A stretch of 64,000 nucleotides of DNA, from assembly GCA_020536535.1 (NCBI GenBank), contig JAHLWZ010000222.1, positions 62,001 through 126,000 on the forward strand, read 5' to 3'. Every line of letters starts with the position of its first letter. Position 1 is the first letter of the stretch. Under the pieces are notes generated by a model. The model had not been told where the DNA came from. It was given only the letters and a program-made list of their open reading frames with translations, and ran no database searches. The position numbers were made by a program, and so were the translations under genes. Shown here piece after piece: positions 35,711 to 47,586 of this stretch. The stretch comes from Pelomyxa schiedti. Taxonomy: Eukaryota > Protista > Evosea.

Positions 35711-38032
35711 AATGCTTTGTGTGAAATATCCAACAACAAGGGTAGTACACACCCAAGCCGCCTCCTGTCCAACCAAGTTTGCGTAGTAACTGTAGGCCTT
35801 TGTTTTCTTCACCCACAGGGGGCACACCCGCACCCACCTCTTCACCTGATTTTTTGCAAGTGTTAAAAAGTTGCTAGAAAAAAGGGATGCATTTACCATG
35901 AAATACTGTTGCAGTATCAGTCGGTTTTGCCCTGCTGTGCCTGGGCTCCAGCCGGGGCTTTGAGGTTCTTGTGTGCATGTTACGTGTTTCCCGGGGTTCT
36001 CGGCCTCTGTGTGGTCGAGGGGTTTCAGTGTTATGAGTAACCTTATTTAGAATTGCATGGTGTGGTACTGCTGAATACGATGTGCGTTCAATCATGGCAA
36101 ACCGGTGACGGCCTGAAGAAATTTGAGATAGATCATAGATTTGCGTTCACTCAACGATCTACCTGCACTCTGGAAACTGCACTCACATCCAAAGCTTTGA
36201 GCAAGCTTTTGCACTTGTTGCTGCCGCTTTTTTGAGGGCACCATAAACGCTATTCTTTTTTTTTTGTATTTGTTGTTAGTGTGAGTTCAGATTCAAAGAG
36301 AGGTACGGTTGAGGGTTAACATCTAATGTCAGTTTGGTCAACTGTTTGGCAATGCTATCGAGCTCCTTGTCATCTGCTGGGCCATGGCGCGAGCCCACTC
36401 CTTTTTTCCCTCTAGGGTGCGTAGCACCTCCGCGGCTAGACGATTTGGGTGCTTCACCTTTGGCCCTGGCCTGATTTCTTTCCGGTGTGTGCCGTGAACT
36501 CCTCGAGCTCGACTTCGTTGAACGTGAATTTGTCTCTGTATGCCTATCTTTGTGAGGTCCATGATCATGGGTTTTGGTTGGTTTGGTGGGTATAGTCCGT
36601 GCACCTAGGCTCAGTTAAGAATGTTCCAAGGGGAAAAAATTGTATAGAAAGCAAAACGGAAAAAAGGTGCAGGCAGGTAACAAGGGAACTTCAACGTATA
36701 ACACGCCACAAAGAGGCTGCTGCCTTCATTTTTTGGAGTTCGCCTGGGCATTTTCGTAAAATCTGCATTGAGAATACTGTGGAATACTTCTTCCCTCTCT
36801 TGTTCATTTGCTGCAGCACTCCAAGGCAGAAAATTGTTGTCTTGTTCCTCACCTGCGCTGTTGATAGGAATTTCACCAACTCTTTCTTCTGATTCACTAT
36901 CTGAGTCCTGCGTCAAATCAGAGTCATCTGTGTTACTGCTACTGTCCTCTGACTTGGAATATTCCTCTCCAGTCCCGAACTCCTCTGATTCAGTATCTTC
37001 ACTCGGTGCCTCGTTATCTTCATCTTCATTTTCATCTTCATCACCATTCTCTGAGTCACTGCCTTCCACTTTGTGGAAATCATTTATGACCCCCGTCTCA
37101 ATTGAGGTAGTTTTTGTAGAGCCCTCAATCTCTTGAAGTGTGTTCTCTGAATCACTGAACTCCCCAACAATTTCAACTTCTTCACTGTCACTGGAAGGAT
37201 CACATGGAATATGAAGAGAAGGAAAAACAGGAGGCATCACTCCTCGGTCAGGCAGATGAGGGTCGGCGGGCATAACGTCATTTGCCACTTGTGATGTCAG
37301 AGCAGGAATGGTGGATGCGGAATCCTGAGAACTCGGGTGTGGGGCAGTAACCTTGAGAGTATTTGGGGAAATCTGTGTTGTGAGTACCTGGAGAGTACTT
37401 GATGAAGAAACTTCGGCTGTGACAGTTGTTGAGGGGAGAGGAATGACTGGTACTGACACAGCAGAAGGTCTATCTATTGTAACTGGACATGTGTCCAAAA
37501 CATTGTTCAAAGATGCCTCAGCCTGTGAAAGACATTCCAAAAGAGGTCCATCCTTAGGTGGCACAAATGTGACCTGACTATCCAGCCGGTGTGTAATCCT
37601 TGAATTAGGGGGTTCAACTTTGTTGTCTCTTTTTGGTGAATGGATTGTCGGCTGCGGTTGACTCTTCATAGCAGTCCGGAGCTCCTTACTTACTTTTCTA
37701 CACGAAAACGAAGAGAAGGTAACAAAAAAAAAGACATAGAGAGGAAAAACGTAAAAGAGCACGGGGGTTTGTTAGTATTCAACCAAAAAAAAACGGGGGA
37801 GAAAACCAGTCGCATTTACGGCTAAAGTAGTAGCGTACTTGTACTGCGCCTCTGCTGCCTCGATCTCCTGCCATTTTTTCCAAGTTTGCTCGTCCCAATC
37901 CTCGCACCCTTGGTCGATTCCCCCACGTCCAGGGAATGCTGCCTTCAACTGGCCCACTTGGGCCCGCAATTGCTCCCGTCTCTCGCTCAGTCTCCGCACC
38001 TCGTCTGGTGCGGCGTCAATGTCGTCGCCCAT
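35540..38032 (-). CDS. R3H-like + G-patch protein (Sqs1/Pfa1-like DEAH-helicase cofactor)
   Basis: Acidic region, then R3H-like QQQVQKLAQSFGCECSFQSAG|RHRFAMIERT (R-x3-H signature degenerate). Spliced G-patch: VGEENKGLQLLRKLGWTGGGLG|SAEQGTMEPL..KGKGGIGL*. Confidence 0.8.
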
Positions 38033-38158
38033 CAGGCGAGTTTAATTTCTGATTTGGAAATTGGATTCTGTTTCCGGGTTTTGAAATCTAGTGGATACAA
38101 GAACTTTGTTTTTTAAAAGACATAGTACAAGAACCAGTTGTATGTTCTGAAGGGTTTG

Positions 38159-40005
38159 TTAGGATGACGAAGAGGGTGGAAAAATGAAGTTCTTGAGGGG
38201 TGGTTTCTTGGAGTCTGTGATGAATGACCACACATCACAGACTCTGGGGAAGTGAGTTATACTGTATTCCATTAAATCAGTGAGTTCTTGTGCAACTGTG
38301 GCTTTCCCGAATGAGGAAAATAGCAGAATTTTACCAGCTGCCTCGGCTGCCATCCACTATTGGGAACACGTGTTAGGTTTGTTCTATTTGAGTTTTTGTT
38401 TATATGAAAACCTGTTGTAGGAACTTTAAATAGAGGTCACCCCCCTTTATAAAATGTAAGTAAAAACAAAAAAGATGCAAAGGGGAAACAAACAAATGCA
38501 CCGCATCCCCATGCTCCAGTACTGACAAGAGAATTGTGTGGTGGAATTGAGGGAATGCCAGAAAAGCCAATAAAAGCTTTGTCAAGGTCTCTTTGAATAT
38601 TGGGTACCAAAAATTGCCCACCCATCACCGCATCAATAGCCACAACTTGTGAAGGTGTACCGCTGTACCTATGAGTTTCAAAATTTGGGAACAGGACACC
38701 TGGTATGAGGATTATTCCCTTTTCCCAGTAGTATGAGAAAATAACCTTCAAAAGTAAACGATGATGCATATCCACTGTATTTCATGTATTGCCTCGCTCC
38801 AGCCATAAATATTGCCTCATTTGCCCACATTGTTTGAGAAAAGTAGAGACCCAAGAAGAGAAATGGCCTCACAGAAAACAAAACTTCTTCTTGAGTTGCC
38901 GAACAGGTAACAGTTGCAATGTGCAAATCTTCATTGGCAAAGTCAATAAATATTCCAGCATCTGGAGCTTCCATTCGTTCAGAATGAATCTGAACAGTTT
39001 TTTTGTTGAGTGGTAATGTGCAAGAGTTCCATGCCGGACACCCCTCACTTGGAACGTAATTACGGAAAAATGTAATATCCTCTTTTTCAGATGTGAGAAG
39101 AGTATTGATAAGGGGCTAACCTGTTGTAAAAGTTTCAGGGAATGCTGTGGCAAGATAAAATACAGCTAGAAAACATTTAAGTCTCTCTGTTCCAATAGTG
39201 CTCTCCCTTCCATAGACACTAAGCCAATCCAATACTCCCCACCGCCCACGTTTGGCCTGAAAAGAAAGTATTAAGCAACAAAGAGGGGCCAGATCAACGA
39301 ACCTTTGATACATATACAATATTATTGCACAAAAATGAGTTAGCCAGTAAAGAGAGACAGGCAGGCCCAGTGAACTTTAGAGTAGTTTGGTAACCAGACG
39401 CTAACACAGGAATACCCCCAGAATAGCCACAAGCAGTCATATATTCTGGTAGCTGCAGTGCTAGCTTTTGTATGACGGGCATTACATCACTCCAGAATCT
39501 AGGACAAGGTACATTCTCCCTTGCCGTTGTACTAACTTCCACTGTGGATGTCACTGCAGAACTAGCAGTAGTGGGCATGGATGTTGGTGTGGAATCAGAG
39601 GTGGTGGGAACAGTGACAGATGAACAGTTCCACCATTTGTTTTGATTTGATTCCATCCATAAAATGGCATGCTCCAAACCTGGCAGTGACTCTACTGAAT
39701 CCACACGGTTTCTCCCAAAGATATTCATTGGCGGCGGTGGTGATGTGTGCTTATGCAAAGCAAGTATCTCTGAAGATAACCTGCAAAAATAGTACACCAT
39801 GGTAACCAAACAACCAGAAGATAATGGAACAAGAAAGAAAAGTAATTTTCCTAAAATTAGGCCGGCAAGCACAACATACAACGCACTGCTCGAAATTGCA
39901 AATAGGTTTTCCCATTTCAGAAACGAAAAAATTCCAGTGCTTCGTTGAGCACTGTGGCATCAACGGAGGATGTTGTTGAGCCGTCCCACAAGTAGAAGTC
40001 GCCAT
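38159..40005 (-). CDS. PARG: Poly(ADP-ribose) glycohydrolase (PARG) family protein
   Basis: IDFANE, TQEEVLF, YSGYASSFTF (Tyr clasp), VAIDA, RDLDKAFIGF, TGAWGCGAF|GGD.YLKFLQQ|WMAA. Confidence 0.88.
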
Positions 40006-40266
40006 GCCACAAATCCCAGGTTTTTAAGACTGTGTCTCTTGTACTTGTGCCCCAACCAACGTGGATTCCACCGGTACGAGAAAACGAAAAAAGATCGGCG
40101 CGTGCTTTTTCGCTGCTGTTTCGTTCGCCCCTTTTGAAAATCATCAAACACTGAACAAAACCAATGGGGGTTATTATTACCACCATTGGCCCATTGCCTA
40201 TCAACGGCAACACCACCGGCCGCCGCGCAACAACAACAACACCAACTACTGCAACATCCTCACGTG

Positions 40267-42115
40267 ATGGAAACATCATCCACTGCAACTGCAACAACAC
40301 CAACACTTACGTCTAGGACGCACCTCTCCCCTCCCCAATCGCCGTCGCAGCTCCCATCATCGCCTTCCCCACAATTGCACCACCAACACCATTCCCGCGC
40401 CGTGGCCTCGCCGTCGCCGTCGTCCTCGCACTCCACGCATCGAAGCACCGGGAGCTTACCTCCTGGCTCGGCTCATTCCCCCCATTCCCAATCTCAGCCG
40501 CCGGCACTGCCGCAGTCGCACCAACTTGGGCGGGTCGGGCACACTTCCGCGTTCACGAGGACGACGCCTTCTTCATCTTTGTCGTCTCGGTCGTCTTCGT
40601 CGTCGTCGTCCGCGGAATCTTACTTGTCTCCTCCCGCTCCCCCTCCCATTATTGAATCCCAGCAGCACTCGCGCTCCAGCACTCCCACTCGTATTACTTC
40701 CACCCCGTCGGCCGCCGCCACTCCCACCACGGCACCGTCCCCCCAGTCCCCATCATCTTTTTTCAATCCTCCTCTCCCTTCCACTTCAACACCCTCGTCA
40801 CCCGGCTCCTCTTCTTTGAATTCATTGGGCAATTTACCACCACTCCCGCAGTCACAGTCACAGCCACAATCCCAATCCCATCATTTATCCACACCCACAA
40901 CACCCTCTCATGGGGTCTCCAGGCGCGCAGCTGAGGCGCCTTCGAGCCTGACTGTATCTGAAGCTTCAATTCGACCAAGGTCCAGGTCGGCTTCATATAC
41001 ACCGACTTTGCCGTCACCCAACTTGGTTGGTGAGATAGATGGTATGTAACCTTCACTTACTGTGAAAAAAATTGCTGAAATAAGAATGTGATAGGTTCAG
41101 TGTCCAAACATAGGCATAGAACTGTAGCTGTTGAACCAAAGAAGAGCTTATTAAAATCCGGCCTTCCCACTCCCAGTTCAAGTCTGGAAGGCATACAGTC
41201 ACCCCAATTACTCACTATTACACCCCAGTCTGCATCCCCTCCTAGGTCTTCTTCTCGCCCCACTTCTCCTCTCACAATGTCAAGTCAAACACCTGCGCCT
41301 CCCGTTTTGCCATTTTCTCCACCGCCACCTCTTCTTCCTCCTGCCTTACCTTCTCCTTCTTTTGCTGCACTTCCTGCACTTCCGCAACCATCACCCCCAC
41401 CTTCAATGACTCCTTTGCTTCCCGGTTTGCCTCCATCACCACCACACCACTCCACTGTAGAACGCGCATCACCTCAGATATCAACTACCACAGGGCCAGA
41501 GGAACCTTTCTGCGATGGAGCTTCTGTCGACTCATTGATGTCTGCTTTATACGAGTCGATGTCGTTCCTTCCTGGTTTCTTGTAGTTACTCCTAGTTTAC
41601 CAACTCACTGTTTCACAGGAGAAACGCCGGACTGGGACAGACTAAAGAGTCTTTTTGTAATGCATAAATCCATCATATCAGTTGTGGATCAAGTCATGTC
41701 TGTTGCCGAGTTTTTGGCCGCCACAAAAGCCGTTGTGGAGCACCCAGTTTATGCAAAAGGCTATCTTGAGGTATTTTACAAAAGCGAATGCTTCTGTTCA
41801 CCTTTTTTTTTTAAAGGTGGAACTGGCACGTAGAATGGAAGTGTTTGGGAATATGGCACAAGTATTTAGCACGTATGAGGCAAGAAAGCTGCCCGAAAAT
41901 CCTATTGCAATAGGTACATTTCCATTCCTCTTTGAGACAAATTCATAACAAGCCGGAAAAAAGGAATCAACAGTGTACAACTTATTAAGATGCAAGGAAG
42001 GTGGTGGATTCTCTCACTTGCATCTGATGTGGAGTCTAGTGAGAACAAACTCCCATCAAGATACCTTCCCTCATCTTTGCTAACATCAGAAATACAACCC
42101 CCCTGTAAAAATTAA
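40267..42115 (+). CDS. Ser/Pro-rich protein with C-terminal bacterial-type NTF2/SnoaL-like domain
   Basis: About 400 aa of low complexity, then SVDSLMSALYESMSF.PG..PDWDRLKSLF..ELARRMEVFGNMAQVFSTYE..GINSVQL....RWWILSL..D.E...LPSRYLP. Confidence 0.7.
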
Positions 42116-42652
42116 AGAGAGTGCATGAAAAACAAAACATTCAAACTCACCAATCTATTGGCAACTGAGGACCGAGAGTTTAAGATCACCAGAGATCAAA
42201 CTCCCAAAGCCCTGCTTACTTGCCTTTGGGTTGTTGGGATCTGAACAAAGGCTGATATAACCAAAAGCTATCGAGTTCCACCTCAGAGAAAAGATCCCCT
42301 GCGTCTGCTCCCGTTCTGTGCCAATCTTTTGTACCCCTTTGTGCACAACAAAGAATTGTGGGTCAACAAAAAGTGGTCAGAGGGACTTGGGTCTCCTCAG
42401 TCAATAAGTTAAGACTCATGCTCATATTTTTGATATCATCACCCCGAAGTCTCTTCCCGCCAGCCGTCGGGTCAACACCCAACCACGGAAACCACAAATC
42501 TCACACTTGTGGGAACTGGTTTGAAATTCGGAACGTACCCCGACAGCCTCTTCGTCTAACCTTGGTCCGCGAACGAAGAGGGAACAAAAAGAAAGAAAAA
42601 AAACAAACGAATGGTCACAGGACATTGAGGTGACACATAACAACCCAACGAT

Positions 42653-43859
42653 ATGGAGACGAGTGAGCTATCAGTGTTTCCGGGTTCAGTGGCTTCAACG
42701 TCCAACGATACAGCATCGTCAGATCCCTTTGATTCAAACTGGTCAAACCCACGTAGTCTCCTACTTTTTTTTCTTTTGGTTTTGCTTTTCTTGGACCTAT
42801 GACGGAATAGTTGTTGGAGGAATTGGCGTTGGAGTGTACACGTGCATGCTGGTGGCTTGTTGTTTGTGCGGAGTATGGTCAAATTACAAGACAAAGAAAC
42901 TGCTACTTTCTGTTTCGAATTTCTTCTACTTGAGCTTGGCAACACTGTGCATATGTGAGGCAAATACCACTTTCACCTTCCCCGGAATTCACCTGTGATT
43001 TGGACTGCTTTCTAATTTGGTTTTCAGTGAGAATTGTATGGTTTGCTCTACACATTGTAGAGCAAGGGGACCATTGGTACACATATCTTCTTGGAAGTCT
43101 GGCTCTTTCTGTTTTCTTCACAAACTTCACTCTCATTATCACATTTTGGTTTGTGCTCGCTTTTTTATTTTATTATTTACTATTTATCTCTTCATCTCGT
43201 GTAGGGCTGAACAGTACCGCTTTACGTACTGTAATCCAAATTCCACTGTATTTTTGCCTCACTTGAAGTGGATCTTCATTATATCAAATGCTGTAATATA
43301 CATTTTTGCTATCATGGCAGTCTTTCTCAACATATACTTGACATTACCATATTTATCAGAGTTCCCTTTCTTCCGGCTTGTCTGTGTGTTGTCATGTTAT
43401 AAAAATCAAACTGATCTGTTCACAGTTACGACAGTGATGGCTATCATACTGCTTGCCCTTGGTTTCAAGCTTCTTCAACAACAAAGGAAGAGCCTTTGGT
43501 ATGACCCCGATAGAATGCGTGAGATACGGAAGGTTGTTTTCTCTCAAACCAAGAAAAACTAACACTAAATATAAAGATAATAGTGACTGTATCCATATTT
43601 GTAATCTTCTTTTTGACCCAACTTGTTGTGGCACTGATACCGGCAAACATATACTTTTTCCCATCTTTGTTATACTACTTTTTGGAATACTGGCTCCCTG
43701 AAATTGTTGTCAGTGTCACACAACGTGTGTACCCCTTCTAGACCCTCACTCATTTCTCACCCTGCCAAAGTCGTACTCCTGTCAACCTACCGGAACATTG
43801 AAAAAGAGGATAAAGACTTTGTAGAGCGGCTATGGTCTGACCAGTCAGGCCAGTATTGA
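42653..43859 (+). CDS. Multi-pass membrane protein, THH1/TOM1/TOM3-GPR137-like
   Basis: About 7 hydrophobic helices. LRIVWF, FFTNFTLIITFW|AE, FIISNAVIY and APEI match the family pattern. Confidence 0.65.
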
Positions 43860-44370
43860 TTGATTCACACTGTTCATTCCACACACCACCTTTGTTTTTT
43901 TTGTAAGTACCCAACAGTTGGTGTGGCCCTACCACACCAAAACGAAAAACCCACTTTCAGTTTTTAAATTTCGCCTTTCTCACGTTCCGGTGCTCGCTAT
44001 TGCTCAATGAGAAGACACTGCACGCGCTGAGCTCAGTTCCCGGAACAACGATCAGATCAGAGCTCAGGACTTATTGGAAAAGGGGTTCCAGGAAAGCTCT
44101 ATATCAGTAACACCCAAAGACTCTCGCGAAGTCAGCAAGTTCAGTGAGACCAAAATGGTATAGCGTATTTACGCGATATGGTGCTATGGATATCCCGGTG
44201 CCTTTTTGCGGTACGCGGGATTTCTCCTTGTTTCGGTGCTTCAAGTAACAACACATCCACCCGGAAAGTTCCTTTCGCCTCGGGCTCAAAAATGCAGCTT
44301 TTTAGCGCTGTGAACTGAGGAAAAAATGACAAAATAATAAAAAAAAACCTAGCTAGACACCTACCACAAA

Positions 44371-45606
44371 ATGAGTCGGGAGCAACCAACACAAAGTGTG
44401 CTTGTGCACAGACCAACTATCATCATTGACAAAGTAGTTCGTTCTCGTATCCCAGCAACGGTACGCGTTACAAAAGCCAAGTGTCAAAGTGTAACTGTTG
44501 ATTGCAGCTTACTGTCAGAGTGCAACAAGAATGGCGGTTGCAGTACAATGTTAGTGTAGCAGCCATATTTGAAGCAGTAAAAAACGCACAATTTTGCACA
44601 GCAGGAACTCAAACAGGTTCCTATCCAAAATGACCTACAATCCTTTACAATGCTCATACCTTTGGCAACACAGAAAAACTATGCTGGAAGTGCAACAAAG
44701 CAAACGGAAAAGTCGCGCAAGTCATCCAATTGGATGACAAACCTACACTAGAACAGTTCAGGGAGCGATATTCGTTCCAAGTGAAAGCCACATGCACATC
44801 ATCGAGGTTAGCGTGCTGTTGTGTTTGAGCTTTGTAGTTAATCTTCGAAATAAGGGATCACTTAAGCTGTGAACTTTCTGCTGTTGTGACATTCCCGAAT
44901 TGCCCTGATGCAATTGTGAGCCCCGCGTTTAATATCCGTAGCAGACAACCATGTACCTTTCTTTTATGTTTTATAGTGCATCCTAACCAAATCTCAGCCA
45001 AAAAAGCTGGGTCAAAACGGCCAAGGTCTCCGCGCGACATTCAAATTTCACCAACCATAGTAAATTCTTCGGAGAGCATTTTCAATACAAGTCCGCTCAC
45101 TCCTTCCACGCCAATCAAAACCCCTCCAGGTTAGAATTCCCAATCTGTACTATTGCATTAAGTTGACATTTTCCGCAGAGTGTTCTCCACTCCTTCCCAC
45201 ACAATCATGGAACAACACTTTACCGCCTTTGTCCAAGCTAGCTTCCCAAGAGCGGCCTATAGTAGTTAGACTTCTATTGATCCAATTGCCAAGAGCAGCC
45301 ACAGAAGCTGTTTTTCGAACTGTGATGAAAGACCTTGACTATGACGAAATGGGCATAGTGAATATAACACTTCACTGTTTGGATAGCGGCTTGACATCCA
45401 TTGCTAGTCAAGGCGTGGAACTTCCAAACGAAAGAAGCAACTACACATGCGTTGTAATGGCCACAACCTACAAGAGCGTGAATTTCTGGGGCGTTGGCAG
45501 AAGTAAAATGCTGGAACTGCTGACCAACAAATTACCCAACACACTGGAAACAGATCTGCTAGCCACTGGCATAGTCCAATTTTTGGCTGTGTTCACTAGC
45601 TGGTAA
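44371..45606 (+). CDS. CudA-like DNA-binding domain protein with additional C-terminal domain
   Basis: LCWKCNK...YSFQVKATCTSSR|DHLSCEL..V...IVSPAFNIRSR resembles the amoebozoan CudA core (CxxC...CTSSRxH). Confidence 0.55.
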
Positions 45607-45992
45607 ACAGATATCGCAACTACCGCTACCGCTACACCAACTACGCTACGAGATCTCATCATCCATCACAATCCGCAACATCTTCACAAAACCCTCTCCA
45701 TAACCTCACTGATCCACGCAAGATCCGGATCGCATGCATCTCGCTCGGCACTGCCCTTGTCCGGCTGTGCATGTTTTGTATTATGTTAGATAACTGTGTA
45801 CAAACAGAAAAAAAAAACTCCAAGAACAAACAACTCAAAATGGTTTTTCTTTACTCCTCCAGAAGGACTGCCCATAAGTGCATCCATACACTATGGAGGG
45901 GGCAGCAGCCAAGATACAAGTGCTTTCGCCCTTCCGGGAACCAAAGGCCGTTACAAATGTTTTTCCAAACATAGAAAGCGAAACAAATTACT

Positions 45993-47447
45993 ATGAGTAC
46001 ACCAGAGGGACTGACAGAACGTTTGCCGGCGTCTGTGTTGTGTGCAATTGCAAGTTGGTTGAGTCCCAGAGATCTACTGTCGTTCTCCAACGTCAACAAG
46101 TTGCGTAATGGCCCATAATGGTCGCACCTCGATGTTTTGTTCCCTCACTAGTTGACTAAGTGTTGGCCCCTTTTTTCCTTCTCAAGATCCACGCGGCTCT
46201 TTTTTTCTGATCAAACTACGTGGCAAAACCTCTATGCCAACAGCGAGTGGAAATTGCCTCTCAGTTTCAATCCCGACACATTTCAGTGGAAGACAGAGTA
46301 CCTAAAAAGAGAATATCTGATGCGCAGTGCAAAGTTAATTGGACTTAAATTCTTTCCTACCAAGATTGTACAGTTGGCCCATGAGCTAAGTACGAATCCC
46401 CTTGTCTCTGATTCGTTTGTTACAGGACTTGGAGTTTTAAATTTTGTATATTAGGTGCCACTGCAAATGAGTGTGACGTGCAACGTGTTCTGCAGACTGG
46501 AATAATTGAAACCCTTGCTAAGGTTTCTACAAAAAAGTCTACAAAAAAGGCATCTGCACTAGTCCGATGTAATGGTCTAAGCACATTGTTGTCACTTCTT
46601 TTTTATCGTAGGTATGCCCAATGTGAAACTCAAGCTGCTGATATCTTCTTTCCCAACTCAGGTCCCAGTGCCATTCAGAGGTTATCTGCATGTGTAACTC
46701 TGGATTCTGTCAGCCTCATCTTCAATAAGCACACAGTATTAGCCAAGTTGGCTGCAGGGGTTAGCGCTTGTTTATATTTGAGGCACAACGGTAAATGTAC
46801 CTTTTTTCTTTGCTTTTTAATTAAACTCCCATGCAGAACCAAAGCGCCCAGTTCTGGGCACTGGGCAGTCCTTTCCGTTTTTAATCGAACCCACTTTGCC
46901 TGTATGCGCACTCCTTTCTGGTAACTGGAGAGGCTTTTACTTCTACAATGGGGGACAGACAGATGCTGAGGTTTTCATCGATTTCACTTTCGATACAGGT
47001 TGATGCCTTTACTACATGCATCATTTGGCCCCAACAATGTTTCAAGATGGCACTGTGTCCGGGACAGGTGCAGATATCCAAGGTGGTTTCCACTACACCG
47101 GGACCCTGGATTTTTCTACAAAAATAGTGGATCTGACGAAGAGCTATGATTCCTTCGAACTCACTTGGAAATGTAAGTCAGGAATTGATTATTGCTGTTT
47201 TATCAAACTCAAATATCATCAGATGTTTGCATCTTACATGCTTGGGGAATGGCAGGAACCTGGGGAACGCCTGGGTGGTGAGTATAACACAAACCTCCAG
47301 CACAACATTTCTAAATGTGAAAAAAGGGGAGGATGCTTTATGTGTTGGAAGGATTGTACACCTGATGCCGAACACAGGGTACCACAAAACCCAAAAAAAT
47401 CACCAGTTCACCTTGTAACAGGCAGCCCAGCAAACCCTGATAGATGA
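45993..47447 (+). CDS. F-box protein
   Basis: LPASVLCAIASWLSPRDLLSFSNVNK..DQTTWQNLY is an F-box, followed by an ARM-like helical region. Confidence 0.72.
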
Positions 47448-47586
47448 GTTCAGTCGTAACCCACACCCGATTGTGGCGGATGGAGGATGTGAACATCAAT
47501 AGACTTAGTTTTGTTGGCCTAAAATAAAACAAAAATGCCAGAAACACTCTTCAATCATTATTTATTACAAAAAGAGGCAATTCTTT

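Noticed and set aside
41500-41740. RasGEF N-terminal (REM) domain
   Set aside because: No CDC25 domain follows, and the downstream exons fit an NTF2-like family better.
42150-44300. Short hairpins in intergenic DNA (~42200-42242, ~44027-44068) as tRNA/snoRNA
   Set aside because: No cloverleaf, T-loop or convincing H/ACA boxes; stems are short enough to be chance.
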